Counted from the first letter of the stretch, positions 14,188 to 23,037 are shown. The stretch: DNA of 24,000 nt from Steroidobacteraceae bacterium (GCA_035523875.1 DATKPY010000018.1:94461-118460); one strand, 5' to 3'. The notes: generated by a model not told the origin, from the letters alone. A program made the numbers and translations.

Positions 14188-15840
14188 TCAATCGCTGCGC
14201 GGCGTGCGACCGCGCAGGATCGCCTCGGGGTGACGGCTCAGAAAGTCCGCGAGATCGCGTATCGAGCGGGCGGCGTCGGTCATCTCGCGCGTCATCCCCG
14301 GTAGATCGAGACTGCCGCGCCCATTTGCGCCGAGCAGCGCGCCGGCGGCATCCGCGGTACGCTGCGCCGCCTCCGAGGTGGCGCGCAGGCTCGCGATGAG
14401 AGCCTGCGTCTGCGGCTCGAGCGCTTGGCTCATCCGATCGAGGTGGCTCAGCGTCTCATCGAGCTCCGTGAGCGCCTGGCGCAGCTGCGGTCCGGCGGTC
14501 GCCTGATCGAGGTGATGGACCGTGCTTTGCAGCTCCCCCAGGATCTCGTTGATGTCCGTCGCCGGGGCCGAGGGCAGCTCGGCGATGCCGGCGATCGTCC
14601 GGATCCGTGCGGGTGTGGTCCCGGAGACCATATCGAGCGAGACGAGCTTCTGTCCGGTGAGCAGGCTCGCCGAGAGAATCTGCGCCCGCAGTCCCTGCGC
14701 CACGAGCCGCGCGAGGCCCGCGCCGACGGCGGCGGCGTGCGCTTCCGGCTCGGAGGCGGGAATTCCCGGGACGCTCACCACGCTCGGATCGAGGGCGAGG
14801 GTCGCCTCGGTGTAGAGCGCACGCTGCCTCGGGTCGTAGACCAGGCGGGTCTGGGTCACCTCGCCGATCTCCGTGCCTTCGAGCTCGACGACGCTGCCCG
14901 GGCCGATCCCGCCGGCGTTGCGCGTGAATGCGACGTGGTAGAAGAGGGGTGTGCCGCTCGGATACCGGAACGCCTCGCTGCGGCTCGCGTAGAGCTCGAA
15001 GTGGGCATTGCTCGGGCTCGGCGCGCTCTTGATCGCCCACGAGGGGGTCTCGAAGGCGACGCCGCCGGCGAGCAGCTGCTGCCAGGAGCTCAGCTGCACG
15101 CGCAGACCCTGCGAGCCCGCCGTGAGGTCGATGCCGCCCTCGGTCCAGAAGCGCGTCTGCGCATGCACCAGGCGGTCGTACGGAGCGCGAATGAATGCGA
15201 ACACGCGCACCTGCCGCTCGGTGGCGGTGAGCTCGGATCCCTCGATCTCCCCCACGTCGAGACCGTGGTAGGTGAGCGGCGCCCCGGGGAGGAGCGCGCT
15301 CACATCCGGCGTGAGCAGCGTGAAGGAGCGTCCCTGCGTATCGGGCTGCAGCAGCGGCGGCTCGGCGAGACCGATGAAATGACGCTGCGCTGCGCCGCTC
15401 CCCGGAAACATCTCGATGTAGGCGCCGGAGATGAGGGTTGCGAGCCCGGTGATGCCCTGCGCCCCGACGCGCGGCTGCACGATCCAGAAGCGCGCGCCGT
15501 CGGCCAGGTACGGCTCGACCGTGCGCACCATCCGCGCGTGCACCACCACGTGCGACATGTCGCGCGTGAGCTCGATCGCCTCCACTCGGCCGACCTCGAC
15601 GCCCTTGTACCTGATCGAGGTCTGTCCGGGCGTGAGCGCGCTTGCATCCTTGAAGTCGAGCGTGATCTGCGGGCCGCGCTCCGCGAGACCGCGCCACGCG
15701 AGCCACAGCACGACCGTCGCCGCGATGACCGGAGCGAGCCACACCCAGGACAGCCAGCGGCGCGGCCGCACGCGGGCGGGCTCGTGCGGGCGATCGCCCG
15801 GCTCCGCCTGCGGCTCGATCGGCGCGTGCTCCTCGCTCAC
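14188..15840 (-). CDS. pqiB: PqiB-type MCE-domain intermembrane transport protein
   Basis: N-terminal anchor WLSWVWLAPVIAATVVLWLAW followed by repeated MCE-like modules (IRYKGVEVGRVEAIEL, LTYHGLDVGEIEG, VVELEGTEIGEV) and a C-terminal helical region. I prefer the GTG at 15840 because it forms a GTGA overlap with the pqiA stop. GTG 15864 is an alternative. Confidence 0.85.
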   Translation of the reverse strand: MSEEHAPIEPQAEPGDRPHEPARVRPRRWLSWVWLAPVIAATVVLWLAWRGLAERGPQITLDFKDASALTPGQTSIRYKGVEVGRVEAIELTRDMSHVVVHARMVRTVEPYLADGARFWIVQPRVGAQGITGLATLISGAYIEMFPGSGAAQRHFIGLAEPPLLQPDTQGRSFTLLTPDVSALLPGAPLTYHGLDVGEIEGSELTATERQVRVFAFIRAPYDRLVHAQTRFWTEGGIDLTAGSQGLRVQLSSWQQLLAGGVAFETPSWAIKSAPSPSNAHFELYASRSEAFRYPSGTPLFYHVAFTRNAGGIGPGSVVELEGTEIGEVTQTRLVYDPRQRALYTEATLALDPSVVSVPGIPASEPEAHAAAVGAGLARLVAQGLRAQILSASLLTGQKLVSLDMVSGTTPARIRTIAGIAELPSAPATDINEILGELQSTVHHLDQATAGPQLRQALTELDETLSHLDRMSQALEPQTQALIASLRATSEAAQRTADAAGALLGANGRGSLDLPGMTREMTDAARSIRDLADFLSRHPEAILRGRTPRSD

Positions 15841-17126
15841 CGGCTCTCCCTCGCCGCGTCCCACATCAGGCGGCTGTCGAAGCTCTTGGCGGCGATCATG
15901 GTGAGGACCACGACCGCCGCGAACGCCACCATACCGTCATCGGCGCGAACGTGCATCAGAGCGCCGAACTGCACCAGCGCGACCAGGATCGAGGCCATGA
16001 ACACATCGATGTTCGACCAGCGCCCGACGGCATCGACTGCACGGTGCAGCCGCGTACGCAGGGGCAGCAGCCACGCCGAGCGGCGCTGCGTGAGCACTAG
16101 ATTGCAGGTGAGGGCGGAGAGCTTCATGAGCGGAATCAGCACGCTCGCGACGAACACGATCACGGCGAGCGGCCAGAGCCCAAAGCGCACGAGCTCCTCG
16201 ACCCCGCCCAGGATCGTGTTCGGCTGGTCGCGTCCGAAGCGCTCCAGGGAAAGCACCGGCAGGAGGTTCGCAGGGATGTAGAGCAGAAACCCCGCGATGA
16301 TCAAGGCCCAAGTGCGCTCGAGCGCCGCGGGCTTGCGTCGGGCGAGCCGGCTGTCGCAGCGCGCGCAGCGCTCCCCGTCCTGTGCCGCAGGGTGCAACAG
16401 ATCGCACACGTCGCAGGCGATGGCGACGGCGGGCGCGCGCGCGGGTGCGGCCAGGGGCGCGAGGCGCTGCGCGTCCTTCGCGACCGGCAGCACCGCCCAG
16501 ACGCTGCGCTCGTCGAGCTCCGCATCGAGCAGCAGCAGGCACAGCGTCGTTGCGATCAGGCACCAGCCCCCCGGACCCACGCTCACGATCGCGACCTGCC
16601 CGACGCGGCTGTAGGCTACGCATGCCCCGAGCAGGTACACCTCCGTCATGGTCCAGGGCCGCAGCGCGAGCGCCCAGCGGAACAGCCGCCCGAGCAGACG
16701 CGTGCGCGTGTGCGTGGTGCGCACACCCACGAGCACCCCGGTGATCAGCGCGAGATAGGTCGAAGGGACGAGAATGCTGAACGCAAGGACAACGCCGGCG
16801 AGCAGAGGAAATCCACCGCTCCAGAGCGCCGTCACCCCGTCAGCGAGCGCGCTGTCGCGGATCGCCCCGGCGGAGGACACGGTGAAGAGGTTCGCGAGGC
16901 AGGCGGGCGGCCACAGCAGCAACGCGGCCGCGGCGAGCGCCAGCGCCGCGGCGATGCCGCCGAGCGCAGGTCGCGCGAGCGTGCGGCCGCAGCGACGGCA
17001 CTCGGCTCGCGCGCCCGGCGGCACGGGCGGCAACAGCTGAGCGAGTCCGCAATCCGGGCAGGCGATGCCCTCGGAGGAGAGGTGCGCGAGGGGCTCAACC
17101 GGGCGTTGCGGCAACGGAGCGCGCAT
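15837..17126 (-). CDS. pqiA: PqiA-type integral membrane protein (paraquat-inducible protein A family)
   Basis: Two zinc-ribbon-like modules (CPDCGLAQ..CRRCGRTL and CDVCDLL..CARCDSRL), each followed by TM bundles, which is the duplicated PqiA architecture. The start is uncertain: ATG 17126 is preferred and GTG 17159 is the alternative. Either start overlaps the upstream FNR gene. Confidence 0.8.
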   Translation of the reverse strand: MRAPLPQRPVEPLAHLSSEGIACPDCGLAQLLPPVPPGARAECRRCGRTLARPALGGIAAALALAAAALLLWPPACLANLFTVSSAGAIRDSALADGVTALWSGGFPLLAGVVLAFSILVPSTYLALITGVLVGVRTTHTRTRLLGRLFRWALALRPWTMTEVYLLGACVAYSRVGQVAIVSVGPGGWCLIATTLCLLLLDAELDERSVWAVLPVAKDAQRLAPLAAPARAPAVAIACDVCDLLHPAAQDGERCARCDSRLARRKPAALERTWALIIAGFLLYIPANLLPVLSLERFGRDQPNTILGGVEELVRFGLWPLAVIVFVASVLIPLMKLSALTCNLVLTQRRSAWLLPLRTRLHRAVDAVGRWSNIDVFMASILVALVQFGALMHVRADDGMVAFAAVVVLTMIAAKSFDSRLMWDAARESR

Positions 17127-18204
17127 CGCCACGACGGTCTTCGAGCTCGCTCTGGGCACCGACGCCCAAGCGTTTCTGCAGCAGCGGGCTCGTGGTGGTG
17201 TACTGCAGGTGCACCTTCTCGCCCGGCGCCAGGTATTCGCGCACGGCGAACGCGGCGAGCGCCGCCTCGTGGAAGCCGGAGAGGATCAGCTTCTTCTTGC
17301 CCGGATAGTCGTTGATGTCTCCGACGGCAAAGATCCCCGGCGAGCTCGTCTGGAAACGCGCGGTGTCGACGCGAAGCGTGCGCCGGTGGAGCTCGAGTCC
17401 CCACTCGGCGATGGGGCCGAGCTTGGGGTGGAGGCCCCAGAAGACGAGCAGCTGATCGAGCGAAACCGTGCGCGTGACGCCGTCGCGCGCGACCACCCTC
17501 ACTCCGTGGAGGCGTCCGTCCCGCTCGACGAGCGACTGCACCTGCCCCTCGATGTAATCGAGCCGCCCTTCCTCGCGCAGCGCGAGCATGCGCTTCACGG
17601 AGACCGGTGCCGCGCGAAACTCGCTGCGCCGGTGGATGAGCACGACGCTGCGCGCCGAGTGGACGAGCTCGAGCGTCCAGTCGAGCGCCGAGTCTCCTCC
17701 GCCCAGAATGACGAGCTCCTTGTCGGCGAACAGCGCGGCGTCGCGCACGCGGTAGTGAACCGACTCGCCCTCATGCCGCTCGGCGCCCTCGAGCGCGAGC
17801 CGGCGCGGCTGGAACGAGCCCACCCCGCCGGCCACGATCACGGCGCCCGCATCGAAGCGCGTGCCGCGGCTCGTGACCACATCGAAGCGCCGGTCCGCGC
17901 GCGGTGTGATCTCGGTCACCTCCTGCCCGAGGTGCATGCCGGCGGCGAAGGGCCGGATCTGCTCGAGCAGGCGCTCGATGAGCTCCTTCGCCGAGCACAC
18001 CGGGATCGCCGGGATGTCGTAGATCGGTTTCTCGGGGTAGAGCTCCGTGCACTGGCCGCCGACTTGCGGCAGCGAATCGACCACCTCGGCGCGCAGCCCG
18101 AGGAGCCCCAGCTCGAACACCTGGAACAGACCGACGGGACCCGCGCCCACGATCACCACGTCGGTGACGGTGGCCAGTTTGGAACGCTCAAGCGACAAGG
18201 ACAT
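17095..18204 (-). CDS. thioredoxin-reductase-like ferredoxin-NADP(+) reductase (YumC-type FNR)
   Basis: FAD motif DVVIVGAGPVGLF, then GGQCTELYPEKPIYDIPAIPVCSAKELIERL (compare the YumC-type GGQLxxLYPEKxIYDV), NAD(P) motif LVILGGGDSALDW, and GIFAVGDINDYPGKKKLILSGFHEAA. ATG at 18204 overlaps the upstream gene by 17 nt. Confidence 0.85.
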   Translation of the reverse strand: MSLSLERSKLATVTDVVIVGAGPVGLFQVFELGLLGLRAEVVDSLPQVGGQCTELYPEKPIYDIPAIPVCSAKELIERLLEQIRPFAAGMHLGQEVTEITPRADRRFDVVTSRGTRFDAGAVIVAGGVGSFQPRRLALEGAERHEGESVHYRVRDAALFADKELVILGGGDSALDWTLELVHSARSVVLIHRRSEFRAAPVSVKRMLALREEGRLDYIEGQVQSLVERDGRLHGVRVVARDGVTRTVSLDQLLVFWGLHPKLGPIAEWGLELHRRTLRVDTARFQTSSPGIFAVGDINDYPGKKKLILSGFHEAALAAFAVREYLAPGEKVHLQYTTTSPLLQKRLGVGAQSELEDRRGDARSVAATPG

Positions 18205-19219
18205 TCTCCAGTGTGATGCGGCCGCCCAAGCGGGGCTCGCCGGCCGAGGCGGCGAGGCCCTTCTGGATGAGCCATTCACGGTTGAAAAGTCGGGATTGAT
18301 ACTTTGCCCCGCCGTCGCAGAGCACGGTCACCACCGTGTGCCCGGGGCCGAGCTCGCGCGCCACGCGGACCGCGGCGGCGACGTTGATGCCGCTCGTGCT
18401 GCCGAGGAAGAGTCCCTCCTCGCGCAGCAGCCGGTACACGAAACGAACGGTGTCGGGGTCCTCGACGTGCACGGCGTCGTCGACGGGGGCGTTCGCGAAG
18501 TTCGCCGTGACGCGTCCGATGCCGATGCCCTCGGTGATCGAGCCCGATCCGCTCGCCTTGAGCTCGCCCGTGCGCACGAAGTGGTAGAGACTGCTGCCGG
18601 GCGGATCGGCGAGCACGCAGCGCACCGCGCTGCGTCTGGACTTCAGGTATTCCGAGACTCCGGCGAGCGTCCCGCCGGTCCCCGCAGCCGCCACGAACGC
18701 ATCGATCCGACCGTCCGTCTGGCTCCAGATCTCCGGACCGGTCGTGGCGAGGTGCGCGCGGCGGTTCGCGGTATTGTCGAACTGATTCGACCAGACCGCA
18801 TTGGCGAGCGCGCCGGCCAGGCGCTGCGCGACCTTCTGGTATTGGTTCGGATTGCTATAGGGCACCGTCGGCACCTTGTGCACCTCGGCCCCGAGCATCT
18901 CGAGCAGTCGGTACTTCTCGGGCGACTGGTTATCGGGCATCACGATCACGCAGCGGTAGCCGCGCGCGTTGCAGACGTGCGCGAGCCCAATGCCGGTGTT
19001 GCCGGCGGTGCCCTCGACGACGGTGCCGCCCGCGCGCAGCTCGCCGCGCCGCTCGGCATCCTCGATGATGGCGAGGGCGGCGCGATCCTTGACCGAGCCG
19101 CCCGGATTCATGAATTCGGCCTTGCCGAGGATGTCGCAGCCGGTCTCCGCGCTCAACGTCCGCAAGCGGATGAGCGGGGTGTGACCGATCGTGCCCGCGA
19201 ATCCATCCTGCACGCTCAT
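18188..19219 (-). CDS. PLP-dependent cysteine synthase family protein (CysK/CysM/CBS-core-like)
   Basis: GHTPLIRL, the PLP-lysine motif NPGGSVKDRAAL, TAGNTGIGLA, AAAGTGGTLAGV and LGSTSGINVAAA. ATG at 19219 forms an ATGA overlap with the cysG stop. The 343-aa length and the EGIGIGRV segment are closer to CBS-core-like members than to classical CysK. Confidence 0.85.
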   Translation of the reverse strand: MSVQDGFAGTIGHTPLIRLRTLSAETGCDILGKAEFMNPGGSVKDRAALAIIEDAERRGELRAGGTVVEGTAGNTGIGLAHVCNARGYRCVIVMPDNQSPEKYRLLEMLGAEVHKVPTVPYSNPNQYQKVAQRLAGALANAVWSNQFDNTANRRAHLATTGPEIWSQTDGRIDAFVAAAGTGGTLAGVSEYLKSRRSAVRCVLADPPGSSLYHFVRTGELKASGSGSITEGIGIGRVTANFANAPVDDAVHVEDPDTVRFVYRLLREEGLFLGSTSGINVAAAVRVARELGPGHTVVTVLCDGGAKYQSRLFNREWLIQKGLAASAGEPRLGGRITLENVLVA

Positions 19220-20628
19220 GCGACGCCCTCGAGCGCCTGCGGCGCAAGCGCCCCTGCGCTCGCCCGCGCTCCTGCGACGACCTCGCCCACAATGAGGAGC
19301 GCCGGGGCGCCCACATGCGCCGCGCGCGCGAGCGCGGCGATCTCATCGAGCCGGCCCTTGAGGATCTGCTCGCCCGGGAGCGTGGCGCGCTCGACCACGG
19401 CGGCCGGGCGCTCGGGCGGTGCGCCCGCGGCGAGCAGCCGACGGACGATCTGCTCCATCTCGGCGACGCCCATGTAGAACACCACGGTGTGCCGCGCGCG
19501 CGCCAGCGCCTCCCAATCGTGCGTGTCGTCCCCGGCCGAGTGACCCGCAGCGAGCGTCACCGAGTGCGCGAGCGCACGCTGCGTGAGCGGAATGGCGGCC
19601 GCGGCCGCGGCGGCGAGTCCGGCGGTCACCCCGGGAACCACCGTCACGGCAATGCCCCGCGCACGCAGGAACTCGATCTCCTCTCCCGCGCGACCGAAGA
19701 TGCCCGGGTCCCCGCCTTTCAGGCGCGCCACCTTCAATCCGCGGACGGCGTAGCCCGCCATGAGCTCGTGGATTCGCGCCTGCGCGGTGCGCGAGCCGGC
19801 GGGTTCCTTGCCGACGAACACGCGCCGCGCCTCGCGCCGCGCCCGATCGAGCACGGCGGGGGAGACCAGCCGGTCGTAGAGGATCACGTCGGCCTCCTGC
19901 AGGAGCTGCAGCGCGCGCAGCGTGAGCAGATCCGCATCGCCCGGGCCGGCCCCGATCAGGTAGACCTCCCCGGCCGCCGCGCGCTCGCTGGCGCGGCACG
20001 CCGCGAGCTCACGGGCGAAGTCCGCCTGCGCCCCAGGCTCATCACCCGCGAGCACCCGCTCACTCACGCGTCCGGCGAAGACTCGCTCCCAGAATGCGCG
20101 GCGGCGGCGCACCGGCAGCGCCTGGCGCACGGCGGCGCGCCGTGCGGCGGCGAAGCGCGCGAGCGCCCCGAGGCGCGCGGGCAGAAGCGCTTCGAGCTGT
20201 GCGCGCAGGCGCCGCGCGAGCACCGGCGCCGCGCCCTGAGAGCCGATTGCGACCACGACGGGCGCGCGATCGACGATGGCCGGGAAGATGAACGTCGAGT
20301 GCTCGGCGTCGTCGACCACGTTCACCGGGATCGCGCGCGCGCGCGCCGACTCGGCCACGGCCGCATTCACCTCGGGCGCATCGGTGGCGGCGACCACGAG
20401 CGCCGCCCCTTCGAGGTGTCGGGGCTCGAAACTCGCCGCCTCGTGCTTCACGCAGCCGCGAGCGCCCGCAATGAGCTCGAGGGTCGATTGGGTGAGCTGC
20501 GGGGCGATCAGGCGGACTTCGGCGCCGCAGCGGAGGAGGAGCTCTGCCTTGCGCGCGGCAACGGGCCCGCCCCCGACCACGACGGCCCGGGCGCCCCGCA
20601 CGCGCAGAAATATCGGCAGATGATCCAT
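19216..20628 (-). CDS. cysG: siroheme synthase (precorrin-2 dehydrogenase/sirohydrochlorin ferrochelatase + uroporphyrinogen-III C-methyltransferase)
   Basis: N-terminus MDHLPIFLRVRGARAVVVGGGPVAARKAELLL (Rossmann fold). The C-terminal SUMT domain has VYLIGAGPGDADLLTLRALQLLQEADVILYDRLV and LKGGDPGIFGRAGEE. 470 aa from ATG 20628. Confidence 0.9.
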   Translation of the reverse strand: MDHLPIFLRVRGARAVVVGGGPVAARKAELLLRCGAEVRLIAPQLTQSTLELIAGARGCVKHEAASFEPRHLEGAALVVAATDAPEVNAAVAESARARAIPVNVVDDAEHSTFIFPAIVDRAPVVVAIGSQGAAPVLARRLRAQLEALLPARLGALARFAAARRAAVRQALPVRRRRAFWERVFAGRVSERVLAGDEPGAQADFARELAACRASERAAAGEVYLIGAGPGDADLLTLRALQLLQEADVILYDRLVSPAVLDRARREARRVFVGKEPAGSRTAQARIHELMAGYAVRGLKVARLKGGDPGIFGRAGEEIEFLRARGIAVTVVPGVTAGLAAAAAAAIPLTQRALAHSVTLAAGHSAGDDTHDWEALARARHTVVFYMGVAEMEQIVRRLLAAGAPPERPAAVVERATLPGEQILKGRLDEIAALARAAHVGAPALLIVGEVVAGARASAGALAPQALEGVA

Positions 20629-20662
20629 GTAACCCCGCGGCTCGCGGCGCAAAAGCGCAATT

Positions 20663-21382
20663 TTAGCTCTGCCCGGCGCTTGCGCGCACGCGAGGATGCA
20701 GGCCGCACTCCCGGGACTCCGGGTGTTCCCACCACCAGCGGCCCGCGCGGCTCTCCTCGCCGGGCAGCACCGCGCGCGTGCAGGGCGCGCAGCCGATGCT
20801 CGGGTACTGGCGGTCGTGCAGAGCGTTGTAGGTGAGCTTGCGGCTGCGGATGTACGCCCACACCTCATCCTCGGTCCACTCGAGCAGGGGGCTCACCTTG
20901 TACAGGCCGTGCTGCTCGTCCCACTCGATGGGCTCTCCCAAGGAGCGGGCTCGCGACTGCTCGCGCCTCACCCCGGTGACCCAGGCCGAATAGCCCGCCA
21001 CAAAGCGCTGAAACGGCATGACCTTGCGCGTATGGCAGCAGGCGGTGCGCGCCTGGGGATCGTGGAAAAAGCCGTTGACGCCCTGGCGCGCGACGAGCCC
21101 CGAGAGCTCGTGGGCGTCCGGGAACAGCAGCCGGATGCGATTGCCGTAGCGGCGCTGGAGCTTCTCGAGCAGCGCGTAGGTCTCCTCGTGCAGCCGCCCG
21201 GTATCGATGCTCACGATGTCGATCTCGGGGACTTCGCTGCAGATCACGTCCGTGAGCACCATCGCCTCGGCGCCGAGGCTGTTCGCGTAGACGACGCGAC
21301 CGTGGGTGCGCACCGCGCGCGACAGCAGCTCGCGGATCGCTCCCGCTTTGGTCTTGAGCTCGAGTGAGAGAAGCTGGCCCAT
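20663..21382 (-). CDS. cysH: assimilatory adenylyl-/phosphoadenylyl-sulfate reductase, Fe-S (APS reductase-like) type
   Basis: SLGAEAMVLTD, IDTGRLHEETY, the Cys pair TACCHTRKV, SIGCAPCTR and the C-terminal catalytic ECGLH. The CC...CxxC set is the [4Fe-4S] signature of bacterial APS reductases. The start is uncertain: ATG 21382 is preferred and TTG 21412 is the ORF-track start. Neither has a clear SD. Confidence 0.88.
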   Translation of the reverse strand: MGQLLSLELKTKAGAIRELLSRAVRTHGRVVYANSLGAEAMVLTDVICSEVPEIDIVSIDTGRLHEETYALLEKLQRRYGNRIRLLFPDAHELSGLVARQGVNGFFHDPQARTACCHTRKVMPFQRFVAGYSAWVTGVRREQSRARSLGEPIEWDEQHGLYKVSPLLEWTEDEVWAYIRSRKLTYNALHDRQYPSIGCAPCTRAVLPGEESRAGRWWWEHPESRECGLHPRVRASAGQS

Positions 21383-21419
21383 GATGCGTGGAAGGGACTG
21401 TATCGGTGACAATGCGGTA

Positions 21420-21442
21420 ACAGAAGGAACCTTTGCTTCTGT
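21420..21442. promoter_or_regulatory. inverted repeat ACAGAAG-N9-CTTCTGT in the cysH-cysB divergent control region
   Basis: 7-bp perfect arms. Nearby elements are a T-N11-A-type element, TATT-N11-AATA (21459-21477), and a direct repeat of CGGTTAT (21455-21461 and 21491-21497). These are candidate CysB sites or a cysH leader structure, assigned only by position. Confidence 0.25.
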
Positions 21443-21562
21443 GGAGCTGCAAGGCGGTTATTTGCCGCACGGGAATATGAAGATGCGAAACGGTTATGAG
21501 CAGCGCGATCCGGGAGCGCTCGCGGATGGCGCCCGAGTCGGACGCCGGCCAAGGTTGGCACG

Positions 21563-22531
21563 ATGAAGCTGCATCAGCTGCGCTACCTCGCCGCGGTCGC
21601 CCAGAGCGGCCTCAACATCACCGCGGCGGCGCAGAAGCTGCACACCTCGCAGCCGGGCGTGAGCAAGCAGATCAAGCTGCTCGAGGACGAGCTCGGCTTT
21701 CTGATCTTCACGCGCGAGGGGCGCAATCTCACCCGGATCACTCCCGCGGGCCAGCAGGTCATCGAGCGGGCCGTGAAGATTCTCCAGGAGACTCAAGCGA
21801 TCCGGGACCTCGCGACGGAGCTGCGCGATGAGGGTCGCGGGAGCCTCTCGATCGGCACGACCCACACCCAGGCCCGTTACGTGCTTCCCGATGTGATCCG
21901 CGAGTTCCGCGCGCGCTACCCGAACGTGCGTCTCAATCTTCATCAGGGCACGACCGAGCAATTGGCCGAGATGATCGCGCACGATCGCATCGACTGCGCG
22001 ATCGCGACCGGCTCGGAGCATCTGTTCGGGGATCTGACGCTGCTGCCGTGCTACCGCTGGCATCGCACGATCGTGGTGCCGCGCGATCATCCGCTCGCGG
22101 GCATCGCGCGTCCCTCGCTCAAGCAGCTCGCCGCCTACCCGATCATCACCTACACGTTCAGCTTCTCCGGTCCTTCCTCCCTCATCGACGCGTTCGCGAA
22201 GGCGGGGCTCACGGCGAACGTCGCGATCACGGCGCGCGACTCGGATGTGATCGTGACCTACGTGCGCCTCGGCCTCGGGGTCGGGATCGTCGCGCCGATG
22301 GCGGTGGAGAGCGGTCCGGATCTCGTGGTGATCGATGCGGCGCACCTGCTGCCGGCCCATACCACGTGGCTCGGCTTCCGGCGCGGCACCCTGCTCAGGA
22401 AATACATGTACGAGTTCGCGCAGCTCCTTGCGCCGCATCTCGACCGGCGCCTCGTCGAGCGCGCGCATCGCGCCTCGACCCCGCAGGAAGTCGCCGCAAT
22501 CTTCGCCGAGGTCGAGCTGCCGCAGCGCTAG
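21563..22531 (+). CDS. cysB: LysR-family transcriptional regulator, CysB/Cbl type
   Basis: MKLHQLRYLAAVAQSGLNITAAAQKLHTSQPGVSKQIKLLEDELG... and TTHTQARYVLPDVIREFRARYPNV, LPCYRWHRTIVVPRDHPLA, YPIITYTFSFSG and DSDVIVTYVRLGLGVGIVAPMAV follow E. coli CysB closely along the full length (from memory). The gene is divergent from cysH. Confidence 0.88.
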   Translation: MKLHQLRYLAAVAQSGLNITAAAQKLHTSQPGVSKQIKLLEDELGFLIFTREGRNLTRITPAGQQVIERAVKILQETQAIRDLATELRDEGRGSLSIGTTHTQARYVLPDVIREFRARYPNVRLNLHQGTTEQLAEMIAHDRIDCAIATGSEHLFGDLTLLPCYRWHRTIVVPRDHPLAGIARPSLKQLAAYPIITYTFSFSGPSSLIDAFAKAGLTANVAITARDSDVIVTYVRLGLGVGIVAPMAVESGPDLVVIDAAHLLPAHTTWLGFRRGTLLRKYMYEFAQLLAPHLDRRLVERAHRASTPQEVAAIFAEVELPQR

Positions 22532-23037
22532 CGCGCGGCCTGCGTGCGCCGCTGCACCCACACGGGCGTGCGGCCATCGGCAGCGGCCTGGTACGCCGCA
22601 CTGAACTGATCGAGCGCGAGCCGGCACGCCTCGAGGTCCTGATCCGCCCGCGGCGCGATGCTGTCGAAACCGCCGCGCGCGAGCCAGAACACCAGGTCGC
22701 GGACCACGTCGCCCACCGCCCGCAGCTCGCCTGCGTATCCGAGGCGGTTGCGCAGCACGGCCGCCTGGGAGAGGGCGCGACCGTCGGCGAAGGTGGGAAA
22801 GAGGAGGGCGATGAGCGGCCGGTCGCGGATCTCCGGGTAGACGAGCTCCACATCCTCGGTGTTCGCGAGCAGCACCCCGACGGCGGCGGCGCTCGCGATG
22901 AGCGCTTCGCGCTCGGCACGGAAGCGCGCGAGCGGGACGATGATCCGCGCACCCGGTGGGAGATCAGCGGTGCGCTCCGGCGCCACTTGCCAGTCATCCT
23001 CGATGAGTGCACGCCGGCGGAGAATCCGTGCGCTCAT
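22528..23037 (-). CDS. DUF934-family protein (uncharacterised partner of CysI-type sulfite reductase)
   Basis: 169 aa: MSARILRRRALIEDDWQV...LLFPTFADGRALSQAAVLRNRLGYAGELRAVGDVVRDLVFWLARGGFD. This matches the DUF934 family as I recall it, and the position immediately downstream of cysI is typical. ATG at 23037 forms an ATGA overlap with the cysI stop. Confidence 0.8.
   Translation of the reverse strand: MSARILRRRALIEDDWQVAPERTADLPPGARIIVPLARFRAEREALIASAAAVGVLLANTEDVELVYPEIRDRPLIALLFPTFADGRALSQAAVLRNRLGYAGELRAVGDVVRDLVFWLARGGFDSIAPRADQDLEACRLALDQFSAAYQAAADGRTPVWVQRRTQAAR

Noticed and set aside
21477-21566. 29-codon upstream ORF (MKMRNGYEQRDPGALADGARVGRRPRLAR) whose TGA overlaps the cysB ATG (ATGA).
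   Set aside because: There is no convincing SD, and the peptide has no Cys/Met enrichment of the kind expected for a sulfur-sensing leader. A 29-codon open frame is unremarkable at this GC content. It would be worth revisiting only if it is conserved in orthologous leaders.
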